Below, in pieces: positions 29,293 to 38,269 of a stretch of 64,000 nucleotides of DNA (the stretch's first letter is position 1; each line of letters starts with the position of its first letter). The notes under the pieces are model-generated. The model was given only the letters and a program-made list of their open reading frames with translations, searched no databases and was not told where the DNA came from. The translations under genes and the position numbers were made by a program. This DNA is from a virus. The DNA is taken from IMG/VR virus record IMGVR_UViG_3300025133_000036, positions 1-64,000 of that record; one strand, written 5' to 3'.

Positions 29293-29823
29293 ATGAATAG
29301 TGAAGATAAAGCATTAAGCAGTATACTCGCAGGTCAAAAGTATGAAAAAAAAGTCATGGTTGGCTATGAAAAAAAGAAAAAGAAACATGGTGATATAGAA
29401 GGTCCTCTTACTGAAATAATGAAAGAGGCTAGAATGCCGTGGTTTTGTCCTAAATGTGACCATATAATGAAGGCTCGCTTAGACAGAAAAATGTGGATGT
29501 TATTTAATCATTGTTTTGAATGTCAAATTGAAGAAGAACATGAATTACGTGTTAATGGTACATTTGTTGACTATGAAAATAAGAAATATTTTGCTAATAG
29601 GCTTAGTGCGATAAAAGATCAAATTGTTTCTATCACTGAATGGTTAGATGCTTCACCTATGGAAGTCGTTGAGCCAGTCAATATTGATACTGGATTTGTT
29701 CATGTTGATAAATATGAAAAACCCGCTGGCTTAATTAATGAAGCGAAAGAAGCATTAGAACAATTAAAAGACACAGAAAAAGAAGTTATTGAAATATTGG
29801 ATAAATTAGATGCCAAAAAATAG
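29293..29823 (+). CDS. Hypothetical zinc-binding protein upstream of terminase
   Basis: CPKC...HCFEC pairs; overlaps the TerL start. Confidence 0.65.
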   Translation: MNSEDKALSSILAGQKYEKKVMVGYEKKKKKHGDIEGPLTEIMKEARMPWFCPKCDHIMKARLDRKMWMLFNHCFECQIEEEHELRVNGTFVDYENKKYFANRLSAIKDQIVSITEWLDASPMEVVEPVNIDTGFVHVDKYEKPAGLINEAKEALEQLKDTEKEVIEILDKLDAKK

Positions 29824-31384
29824 CAAACAGATAAAAGATGCTATACGGGATGAGTACGTTAAATGCGCATTAGATCCTGTTTATTTTATGAAAGAGTATT
29901 GTTATATTCAACATCCTGTAAAGGGAAAAATAAAATTTGAGTTATATAATTTTCAAGAGAGAACATTAAAAGATTTTAATGAACATAACTATAACGTAAT
30001 CTTAAAAGCACGGCAGTTAGGACTTTCAACCCTTTCAGCGGGCTACTCATTATGGTTAATGAATTTCCATGCCGATAAAAATATACTTGTAATTGCGACA
30101 AAACAAGACGTTGCTAAAAATCTTGTAACAAAAGTTAGAGTCATGCATAAAGAATTACCTAATTGGTTAAAGCAGGGTTGCGTTGAAGACAACAAACTTT
30201 CATTGCGATATAAAAACGGTTCCCAGATAAAAGCAATATCTTCAACCGGTGATGCCGGCCGTTCTGAAGCACTATCATTGTTAATAATTGACGAAGCAGC
30301 ATTTATTGCAAATATTGATGAAATATGGGGTGCAGCTCAACAAACCTTAGCAACTGGAGGTAAATGTATTGCTTTATCAACGCCAAACGGGATGGGTAAT
30401 TGGTTCCATCAGACATGGGTCGGAGCAGAAGAAGGAACAAATAGTTTTAATTTTATAAAATTACATTGGACTGTACATCCAAATAGAGGCCAAGAATGGC
30501 GCGCCAAACAAGATAAGTTATTAGGACCTGACATGGCGGCACAAGAATGCGATTGCGATTTTATCAGTTCAGGTAATACTGTCATTCCTGGTCCAGTACT
30601 AAAAGAATATCAAGAAAATTATGAAACTGCCCCACTCGACAAAAGATATGCAGATGAAATGTGGATATGGGCTAACCCAGAAAAAGATTGTCGCTATTTA
30701 ATAAGTGCTGACGTTGCTCGTGGAGACGGCAGTGACTATTCAGCTTTTCATGTTATTGATATAGATAATTTAGAACAAGTAGCGGAATATAAGGGTAAAG
30801 TCGACACCACAAGATATGCGAATATTTTAATGTCTGTAGGTACAGAATATAATGATGCATTGGTAATTGTGGAAAACAATAATATCGGATGGGCGGTTTT
30901 ACAGTCATTAATAGACAGAGAATATCGAAATTTATTTTGGATGAAAAAAGATTTAAAATATACTGATTCAAAAACGCAGTTTACGAATAAATATAGAGGT
31001 GAAAATAAAATGATGGTCCCTGGATTTACTACATCAATGAAAAGTAGACCATTAATAATTGAAAAGCTTTCACAATTTGTACGCGAGAAAGAAATTAAAA
31101 TAAACTCAATACGAACTATTGACGAACTTTATGTATTTATTTATAACAATGGTAAAGCCGAAGCATTAAAGGGATATAATGACGATTTAGTAATGAGTTT
31201 AGCGATCGGTCTTTGGGTAAGAGAAACCGCACTCAGATTACTAGAACAAGGTATAGATATGACAAGACAAGCAATGTCTAAAATGGACTCCAACTCTGGT
31301 GTTTATAAAGTTGAAGATGAAAACGATTACGGTTGGAAACAGAGTGTTGGAGATACTAAAGAATCACTAACTTGGTTAATATAA
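29810..31384 (+). CDS. terL: Terminase large subunit (T4 gp17-like)
   Basis: LKARQLGLST Walker A, LLIIDEAAF Walker B, LSTPNG, ISADVARGDGSDYS nuclease motif, NDDLVMS. Confidence 0.95.
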   Translation: MPKNSKQIKDAIRDEYVKCALDPVYFMKEYCYIQHPVKGKIKFELYNFQERTLKDFNEHNYNVILKARQLGLSTLSAGYSLWLMNFHADKNILVIATKQDVAKNLVTKVRVMHKELPNWLKQGCVEDNKLSLRYKNGSQIKAISSTGDAGRSEALSLLIIDEAAFIANIDEIWGAAQQTLATGGKCIALSTPNGMGNWFHQTWVGAEEGTNSFNFIKLHWTVHPNRGQEWRAKQDKLLGPDMAAQECDCDFISSGNTVIPGPVLKEYQENYETAPLDKRYADEMWIWANPEKDCRYLISADVARGDGSDYSAFHVIDIDNLEQVAEYKGKVDTTRYANILMSVGTEYNDALVIVENNNIGWAVLQSLIDREYRNLFWMKKDLKYTDSKTQFTNKYRGENKMMVPGFTTSMKSRPLIIEKLSQFVREKEIKINSIRTIDELYVFIYNNGKAEALKGYNDDLVMSLAIGLWVRETALRLLEQGIDMTRQAMSKMDSNSGVYKVEDENDYGWKQSVGDTKESLTWLI

Positions 31385-31385
31385 T

Positions 31386-33164
31386 ATGGCACAACAAGAC
31401 ACATTTTTTGATAGAATCCAACGATTATTTTCTACTAATGTAATAGTAAGAAATATCGGCGGAAAAAAACTAAAAGTAATTGATACCGATGAAATTCAAG
31501 CCGGATCAAAAACGTTACAGGATAGATACACAAAGCTTTTTGCTACGAATTATTCGGGTGGTGGCTATCATGGTTATTCGGGTGAATTGGCAAAAGCCCA
31601 ACGATTAGCGTTATTTAGGGATTATGAAGCAATGGATGATGATTCCATATTGTCTTCGGCTCTAGATGTATACGCAGATGAGTCAACAATGAAATCTGAA
31701 TACGGCAACGTTTTAGAAATAAAATCAAATAATAATCAGATAAAAGAAATCCTTCATAATTTGTTTTTTGACATTTTAAACGTAGAGTTTAATTTATGGC
31801 CATGGATTAGAAATATGTGCAAGTACGGTGACTTTTTTCTACATTTAGAGATAGAAGAAAAGTTTGGGGTAATAAATGTCATGCCAATGTCTGCATATGA
31901 TGTTTCTAGGATTGAAAACTGGAACCCAGAAAACCCGCAAGAAGTAAAATTCATAGTAGATGCAACAGATCCACGAAATTCTCCGGCAAATTCAAATAGA
32001 ACTGAATATCAAAACTATGAAGTAGCACATTTCAGACTACTTTCCGATTCTAATTATGCTCCATACGGTAAAGCAATGGTTGAAGGTGCTAGAAGAACTT
32101 GGAAACAATTAAGTCTTATGGAAGATGCTATGTTAATACATCGTATCATGAGAGCACCAGAAAAAAGAATTTTTAAAGTCGATATTGGTAATTTACCTCC
32201 AAATGAAGTAGATACATACATGAAAAGAATCATCGATAAGATGAAAAAAGCCCCAGTCGTCGATGAAAATACAGGCGAATATAATCTAAAATACAATATG
32301 CAAAACCTTACAGAAGATTTTTATCTACCAGTTCGAGGAGGCGATTCTGGAACATCAATTGAATCTCTTCCAGGATTAACATATGAAGCTGTTGAAGATA
32401 TTGAGTATCTACGAAACAGAATGCTTGCTTCATTAAAGATTCCTAAAGCATTTTTAGGGTATGAAGAAAATGTTGGATCAAAAGCTACTTTAGCCGCCGA
32501 AGATGTTAGATTTGCCCGCACAATTGAAAGAATTCAGCGAATTACAATTAGTGAATTAACAAAAATTGCCGTTGCGCACTTATATGCTCAAGGTTTTACT
32601 GATTCCGGTTTAGTTGATTTTGAATTAGAATTAACTAATCCATCTACAATATATGAACAAGAACGACTTGAACTATGGGATTCAAAACAACGTATTGCTA
32701 AAGATATGGCCGATGCAAATTTGGTTTCAAAACAGTGGCTTTATGATAACATCTTTAATTTCAGTGCTGAAGAAGTTTCTAAAGTTGAAGGTGAAATATT
32801 AGACGATAAAAAGACATTATTTAGATTAGGTTCTATAGAAAATGAGGGAAATGATCCAGCGAAGCCGGCGGAAGAAGGGCAAATGCAACAGCCGGAATCA
32901 AGTCCAAGAAACAATGAAGAAACTCACGAAAAAAGCAATAGGGACACAATGGACCGTGATACCTATGACGTTAAAGATGTCCTCGGTAAGCATGATTATA
33001 CTCACAGTATTGGACGTGACCCGTCTCCTGTTAAACATAATTATAGGAAGAGTCCATTAGCATTATCGCACATAGATCGTATGGCAAAGAGCTTTGGAAA
33101 TAAGGAAACCAAAATTATTCAAGAGATCGATAATCTAGACGACACACTAAAAGAAACCAAGTAA
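31386..33164 (+). CDS. Portal protein (T4 gp20-like)
   Basis: LMEDAMLIHRIMRAPEKRIFKVDIGN, EDFYLPVRGG and LKIPKAFL motifs; directly follows terL. Confidence 0.93.
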   Translation: MAQQDTFFDRIQRLFSTNVIVRNIGGKKLKVIDTDEIQAGSKTLQDRYTKLFATNYSGGGYHGYSGELAKAQRLALFRDYEAMDDDSILSSALDVYADESTMKSEYGNVLEIKSNNNQIKEILHNLFFDILNVEFNLWPWIRNMCKYGDFFLHLEIEEKFGVINVMPMSAYDVSRIENWNPENPQEVKFIVDATDPRNSPANSNRTEYQNYEVAHFRLLSDSNYAPYGKAMVEGARRTWKQLSLMEDAMLIHRIMRAPEKRIFKVDIGNLPPNEVDTYMKRIIDKMKKAPVVDENTGEYNLKYNMQNLTEDFYLPVRGGDSGTSIESLPGLTYEAVEDIEYLRNRMLASLKIPKAFLGYEENVGSKATLAAEDVRFARTIERIQRITISELTKIAVAHLYAQGFTDSGLVDFELELTNPSTIYEQERLELWDSKQRIAKDMADANLVSKQWLYDNIFNFSAEEVSKVEGEILDDKKTLFRLGSIENEGNDPAKPAEEGQMQQPESSPRNNEETHEKSNRDTMDRDTYDVKDVLGKHDYTHSIGRDPSPVKHNYRKSPLALSHIDRMAKSFGNKETKIIQEIDNLDDTLKETK

Positions 33165-33180
33165 TTTATCTGTAATCCCA

Positions 33181-33189
33181 ATATTTATA
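33181..33189 (+). promoter_or_regulatory. ATATTTATA putative late-promoter motif
   Basis: In the gap between the portal and 33227. Confidence 0.55.
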
Positions 33190-33226
33190 AATGAACTACT
33201 TTAGCTAAAAGGAATTTTTTTCTAAA

Positions 33227-34069
33227 ATGAAACATTCAAAGTATAAAAACACAGGGCTTCTCTTTGAGTTGCTAGTAAGACAAATAACCGCAGACATCTT
33301 AAATAGCAATAAGACTGGAGTAGCCGAAACAATTTTGAAAACTAGTTTCAATAAAAACTCTGAATTATTTAAAGAGAATAAATATTTTAATGTGTTGATT
33401 GAAAACAAAGTTAAAACACCAGATCATGCTAAAGAGCTAATCGAAAATACTATTAAAGCATATACTAGGAACATTAATACTAGCAAGCTTAATAAAGAAA
33501 AATATTTGCTTATAAAACAAATGAAAGAAAATTTTCATTTAAATGATTTTTTAAAGTCAAAGGTTGCGAATTATAAATTACTAGCATCTATACACAATGT
33601 TTTATCTGAAAATATTGATAACCCAGTTTCATATACAAAATCAAAAACGACATTAATCGAACACATGACAGCTGTTGACAAAGAAGTGGATTCTTCAACA
33701 GTCGCAACATTAAGAAAAGAAAATAAAGATTTGCGAATTTTAGCATACAGAGTACTGGTTGAAAGGTTCAATAAGAAATATGATACATTATTGAGCAGTC
33801 AAAAAGACGTCTTGAGAGAATACATTAATAACATTAGTAATACAAATGGTTTACAAGAATATTTAACATCAAATTTTAATATGGTTTTACGTGAATTAAA
33901 AACGTCATTATCTAAAATTGAAAATAAAGTTATCAAGATAAAATTAAAAGAATGTATTACACTTATACGTGAAACAAAACCTTCAAATCGCTCGTATTCA
34001 AAAGATATTCTCAAGTTAATGAGATTCCATCAGCTTCTAGAAGATGTAAGAAATGCAATTAAAGCTTAA
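33227..34069 (+). CDS. Hypothetical protein of the head module (possible prohead core component)
   Basis: 280-aa helical, basic ORF (KHSKYKNTGLLFELL) between portal and protease; function inferred from position only. Confidence 0.6.
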   Translation: MKHSKYKNTGLLFELLVRQITADILNSNKTGVAETILKTSFNKNSELFKENKYFNVLIENKVKTPDHAKELIENTIKAYTRNINTSKLNKEKYLLIKQMKENFHLNDFLKSKVANYKLLASIHNVLSENIDNPVSYTKSKTTLIEHMTAVDKEVDSSTVATLRKENKDLRILAYRVLVERFNKKYDTLLSSQKDVLREYINNISNTNGLQEYLTSNFNMVLRELKTSLSKIENKVIKIKLKECITLIRETKPSNRSYSKDILKLMRFHQLLEDVRNAIKA

Positions 34070-34457
34070 AGAACTTATACGCAATATGATTCGTAAAGAA
34101 TTGGCAGAAATGTCAACATCTGGAGCTGCGGCCCCATATGCAACGCCAAATGCCTTTACTGATAAGGAAAAAGATAAAGATGAGTTAAAACTTTCTGACG
34201 GTATGAGCGTTGTTGAAGAAGGTTACTATCATTGGAGAAACGATGATAGCTTATCTACAAAGCAAAAAATTGCTAAGTCTATGACCGAAATCCGGAATAA
34301 AATTTCTGAAATAGAAAAAATTGTTAAGCATAATGTAAAGCTTAAAAATGAAACAAAGTTTAAATCAGATCAATATTACAAAAGAACAAAGGGCGCTCTT
34401 CATAAAATCTCTGAAAAATTAATGAGATTATCAACAAGAATTAAGGATTTAGTATAA
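34053..34457 (+). CDS. Hypothetical head-module protein with leader-like N-terminus
   Basis: MQLKLKELIRNMIRKELAE then MSTSGAAAPYATPNAF; coupled to the protease gene by TAATG. Confidence 0.65.
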   Translation: MQLKLKELIRNMIRKELAEMSTSGAAAPYATPNAFTDKEKDKDELKLSDGMSVVEEGYYHWRNDDSLSTKQKIAKSMTEIRNKISEIEKIVKHNVKLKNETKFKSDQYYKRTKGALHKISEKLMRLSTRIKDLV

Positions 34458-35047
34458 TGGATAAGAGATTAATAGTAGACACAATACCATTTGATGTCAC
34501 ACCAGAAAAAATTAATGAATCAATGAGTTCCAATGGCGGCCGGCTTATTGTTAAGGGTGTATTGCAAAGAGCCGAATCTCAAAATCAGAATGGTCGGGTT
34601 TACCCAAGAGAAATTCTCATGAGAGAAGCCAAAAAATATACTGACGAGTTTATTAAAGAACGTAGAGCTATGGGAGAATTAGATCACCCAGATTCATCAG
34701 TAGTAAATTTACAAAATGTATCTCATAACATATTAGAAATGCATTGGCAAAATAATGATCTTGTTGGAACAGTCGAAGTATTAAGTACCCCAGCCGGAAA
34801 CATTTTAAAAGAATTATTTAAAGGTGGTATTAAATTAGGTATAAGTTCAAGGGGTTTAGGTTCAATTAAAAGTGAATCAAAGGGTGATGAAGTTCAAAGT
34901 GATTTTGAATTAATTGCGTTTGATTTTGTTTCTAATCCTTCTACTCACGGAGCATTTTTAAGCCCTGTGAATGAATCAAAAAATAATGTTCACAATAAGT
35001 GGGCAAAAGTTGAACGAGACATTATAAACATTTTATTAGGAAACTAA
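34457..35047 (+). CDS. Prohead core protease (T4 gp21-like)
   Basis: NQNGRVYP, GELDHP, VSHNI, LGISSRGLGS and FDFVSNPST motifs. Confidence 0.93.
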   Translation: MDKRLIVDTIPFDVTPEKINESMSSNGGRLIVKGVLQRAESQNQNGRVYPREILMREAKKYTDEFIKERRAMGELDHPDSSVVNLQNVSHNILEMHWQNNDLVGTVEVLSTPAGNILKELFKGGIKLGISSRGLGSIKSESKGDEVQSDFELIAFDFVSNPSTHGAFLSPVNESKNNVHNKWAKVERDIINILLGN

Positions 35048-35048
35048 A

Positions 35049-35534
35049 ATGAAATTAAAAGATATATTAGAAGAATCTATAGGTGGAATAGTATTTCCAC
35101 AAGCACTTAATTCCCCATTTAGAGAATCACGTTCAAATTCAAGCTTAGTAAAAGTTGCTAAAGAAGTATTAAAACATAATTCTGAAGCTTCAATAATGGA
35201 AAAAGAAGAACTAGTATCATCAGTAAATAAATTTCAATCTTTAGGTAAAGATATTTATGGACCGAAAAACATTGCTGAAATAGGCCAGCAACTTGTTAAA
35301 ATGGCTGAAGCTTCTCAGCAACATGTTGTTGATGAGACTAAAGATTGGTTCGATGCAGTTACTGTAAAAAGAAACATGACTGAATTAAAAAACCACGCTA
35401 ATAAGTTTAATAAGTTAGCGTCAGAAGCAAAAGCTTTACAAGATAGAATGTCCGCATTATACGAAGATATGGGCATGATATATAATCGCTATTTTGAAAT
35501 ACAAGAAATTAAAGAGATAGAAGATGCTTCTTAA
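35049..35534 (+). CDS. Hypothetical coiled-coil protein with extended MKLKDILEESIGGIV leader
   Basis: N-terminus MKLKDILEESIGGIVFPQALNSPF aligns with the leader of the 96 and 392 genes. Confidence 0.75.
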   Translation: MKLKDILEESIGGIVFPQALNSPFRESRSNSSLVKVAKEVLKHNSEASIMEKEELVSSVNKFQSLGKDIYGPKNIAEIGQQLVKMAEASQQHVVDETKDWFDAVTVKRNMTELKNHANKFNKLASEAKALQDRMSALYEDMGMIYNRYFEIQEIKEIEDAS

Positions 35535-36039
35535 AGAACATTATCAAGAAATGTATGGAAAGCTTCACGAAGCGAGTTATAGCTTATCAAAGGCCGCTGA
35601 ACTTATGGGAAGTGGCGATAAAGATGAACAATGGGATGCTGCAATTGCATTGACTGGTGGTAATATTCGTGCTACATCTTTAAAGAAAAATGAAATTTAT
35701 ATAATGCGCGAAAGAAATACCTCACATCATTTTAATTATTCAATGGACCGGTTTCCTGTTATATTTTTAGGATCTGGCAAAGGTACGTATGATCAAGATG
35801 CGAATAAAACAAAGTATGATTGGTTTGGTGCGAATAAGAAATTAAAAACCATGGATTACGGTGAATATTATTATTTTAAGGGTGCCGAGGTTAATCGATC
35901 AACAGGTAAATTTAAAAGAGCCTATATGTTTGGTGCATACGAATGGCGAGGAGCGTTAGCTATCGGATCCGGCGCCAATAAGGTTTCGTTATATAAATTT
36001 GATTCTTCAGAAGCTAAAAATTATGGAGTAGACCAATGA
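35524..36039 (+). CDS. Hypothetical protein (leader-like MLLKEHYQEMYGKLHE)
   Basis: 171-aa ORF overlapping both neighbours. Confidence 0.7.
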   Translation: MLLKEHYQEMYGKLHEASYSLSKAAELMGSGDKDEQWDAAIALTGGNIRATSLKKNEIYIMRERNTSHHFNYSMDRFPVIFLGSGKGTYDQDANKTKYDWFGANKKLKTMDYGEYYYFKGAEVNRSTGKFKRAYMFGAYEWRGALAIGSGANKVSLYKFDSSEAKNYGVDQ

Positions 36040-36530
36040 TTAAACTTAAATCTTTATTAATCGAAAAACTTAAAGATACAGATTCAATATGGGATCCAAA
36101 TGGTCCTATGAATAGAGATATTATTTTAACTGCTCTAAAAAAAGATAGAAAAATTATGAAGCATGTTGGTAAAGCAGATGAAGATATGTATTGGGATGAC
36201 GTTGATCTTGTGGCCGGTGGAGATTCTGGAGAAACAATTGCTACTATGAAAAGAAATATGACATATGGTAAATTTAAAAACGCTATATTGAAAGCGAAGC
36301 CTAAAAAATGGCAAGAACAGGTTGAAAAACTTACAGAATCTACAGATGTTTTTGATTATAATGAAATGGTCATAGAAGAGATGCAAGATGAAGTTAATGG
36401 CTATACTAAGTCATGGTTAAAAAATAATCGTATAATGGAAGAATCGTATGCATACAAGGTATTAAAAAAGTATGATAAGTTATTGGCAGTATTGATGAAA
36501 AAATGCGATAAAGAACTACAACGATTTTAA
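36036..36530 (+). CDS. Small protein with MIKLKSLLIE leader
   Basis: Same leader as the 96-1365 array; GGAG SD; internal LTE motif. Confidence 0.75.
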   Translation: MIKLKSLLIEKLKDTDSIWDPNGPMNRDIILTALKKDRKIMKHVGKADEDMYWDDVDLVAGGDSGETIATMKRNMTYGKFKNAILKAKPKKWQEQVEKLTESTDVFDYNEMVIEEMQDEVNGYTKSWLKNNRIMEESYAYKVLKKYDKLLAVLMKKCDKELQRF

Positions 36531-36532
36531 AT

Positions 36533-36904
36533 TTGGACACATCTATGAAAAACTCTAAAACTATGACTGAAAACTGGGCAAAGAAAATAGACATTCTTTC
36601 AAACCAAAAAGGACATATATCTAATCATCATCCTGCCAATGCATTTGTTCCTATAAAAGAAGCCGATGAGGATAGCGCAGCAAATGCAGATATGAAGGAA
36701 GCCGAAAAACTTAAAAAACCTCTAACAAATGCCATTGCAGGAATTGGAAGATCAATGGATAATATCAATAGAATGATGTCATCATTTAATGCTCCAGGTT
36801 TAAAGCATGCATTTATAGATGCAATTAAAGTAGGTGTTAAACGTCAAGGTAAGTTTGATGAACGAGCAGCATATAAACGTTTCGAAGAATATTTTAATCG
36901 ATAG
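36533..36904 (+). CDS. Hypothetical protein
   Basis: ORF fills the gap before rpsU; start uncertain (TTG 36533 or a downstream ATG); internal IKE-A motif. Confidence 0.6.
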   Translation: MDTSMKNSKTMTENWAKKIDILSNQKGHISNHHPANAFVPIKEADEDSAANADMKEAEKLKKPLTNAIAGIGRSMDNINRMMSSFNAPGLKHAFIDAIKVGVKRQGKFDERAAYKRFEEYFNR

Positions 36905-36912
36905 GAGGCCGC

Positions 36913-37110
36913 ATGGCAATATACGTTAAGGTTATGAATAATAAATTTGAATTTGCGCTAAAGAAATTCAAAAAGAAAGTTAAAGAGTCTGGTATTTTAC
37001 ATGAATTACAACAAAGACAGTTTTATGAAAAACCTTCAGCTATAAAACGCGATAAAAATGCTAAAGCCAGGTTACGCCAACAGATAAGATCAAAAAAAGC
37101 TGAACTTTAG
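36913..37110 (+). CDS. rpsU: Phage-encoded 30S ribosomal protein bS21
   Basis: VKV.NNKFEFALKKFKKKVKESGILHELQQRQFYEKPSAIKR matches the bS21 pattern; 65 aa; AGGAGG SD at 36903-36908. Confidence 0.9.
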   Translation: MAIYVKVMNNKFEFALKKFKKKVKESGILHELQQRQFYEKPSAIKRDKNAKARLRQQIRSKKAEL

Positions 37111-37122
37111 TAATGTTATATC

Positions 37123-37206
37123 ATATTTATACCAAAATATAATGCACCTACGTTTGTTAGGTGTTCCAACATTAATCAATTCTGATTATAGTTCCAAATA
37201 ACTATA
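37123..37206 (+). promoter_or_regulatory. Promoter motif plus hairpin-rich 5' leader of the scaffold-capsid operon
   Basis: ATATTTATA at 37123; stems gcaccta/taggtgt (37144-37164), taatca/tgatta (37173-37188) and tatagtt/aactata (37187-37206). Confidence 0.5.
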
Positions 37207-37230
37207 CAAATCTCTAAAAGGGAAAATAAA

Positions 37231-38259
37231 ATGGAAGACATTTTAAAAGAAGCAATTGCTGATGCCAAAGCAGTACGCGAAACAGCACTAGCAAATGCAA
37301 AATTAGTCCTTGAAGAGGCATTCACACCACATCTAAAATCAATGCTTTCTAAAAAGCTTCAAAGTGAAGAAGAAGGAATGGAAGCAGAAGATGAGGAAAT
37401 GACCGATGAGGAATATTCGGATGAAGATGAAGAAATGGCTTCATCAGATATAGGTGATGCTGAAAATGAAGAACCTGCCGCTGCTGCTTCTGAAGCAGAT
37501 GCACAAGGTCCTGAAGAAGAAGGCGCACCTGTTGAACCCGGTATGGAAGATGAAGATGCTGAAGAAGCATCTGATCAACCTATGGGTGAAACTGAAGAAC
37601 CTGGTATGGAAGACGAAGACGAAGAAGGAATGGAAGCTGAAGATGAAGATCTAGCAGAAGTTCTACGTCAACTTGAACAAGAAATGGGAATGGAAGACGA
37701 AGACGAAGAAGAAATCGCTGAAGAAGGCGAACCCGGCATGGAAGATGAAGAAGATGAGCCAGTTGCCGAAGAAGAAGGTATGGAAGATGAAGACGACGAT
37801 GTAGATCTTGACGAAATCATTAAAGCTCTTTCTGAAGAAGAAGGAATGGAAGATGAAGACGAAGATGAAGCTGCACCCGCTGAAGAAGCCATGGTACCTG
37901 CTGCTGAACTCGAAGAGTACAAGCAAACAGTACATTATCTAAAAGATAAGCTTTCTGAAGTTAACCTTCTCAACGCTAAACTTCTTTATACGAATAAGCT
38001 TTTCAGAAGCAGAAACGTATCTGAAACACAGAAAATGAAAGTTATCGAACAATTTGACCGCGCTGCTAACGTACGCGAAGTTAAACTTGTTTATACTACA
38101 TTTGCTGAGTCAATGACACGTACAACTGTTAATGAGTCCGCCAAGCGTAAGAGTCAAGCTTCTAAGCCTGTTGCTTCAACTAAGTCCAAAAGACCAATCA
38201 TCGGCGAATCTGTTGACTTTGTCAGCAGAATGCAAAAACTAGCTAACATTAATAAATAA
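37231..38259 (+). CDS. Prohead scaffolding protein (gp22-like)
   Basis: Directly upstream of the MCP; very acidic centre with repeated GMEDE; C-terminal EVNLLNAKLLYTNKLF and RMQKLANI. Confidence 0.8.
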   Translation: MEDILKEAIADAKAVRETALANAKLVLEEAFTPHLKSMLSKKLQSEEEGMEAEDEEMTDEEYSDEDEEMASSDIGDAENEEPAAAASEADAQGPEEEGAPVEPGMEDEDAEEASDQPMGETEEPGMEDEDEEGMEAEDEDLAEVLRQLEQEMGMEDEDEEEIAEEGEPGMEDEEDEPVAEEEGMEDEDDDVDLDEIIKALSEEEGMEDEDEDEAAPAEEAMVPAAELEEYKQTVHYLKDKLSEVNLLNAKLLYTNKLFRSRNVSETQKMKVIEQFDRAANVREVKLVYTTFAESMTRTTVNESAKRKSQASKPVASTKSKRPIIGESVDFVSRMQKLANINK

Positions 38260-38269
38260 GGAGAATCTC

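Noticed and set aside
37370-37900. GMEDE acidic repeats in the scaffold as a novel repeat system, and the overlapping antisense poly-Ser ORFs
   Set aside because: Low-complexity acidic tracts are normal for T4-like scaffolds; the antisense ORFs mirror GAA/GAT codons.
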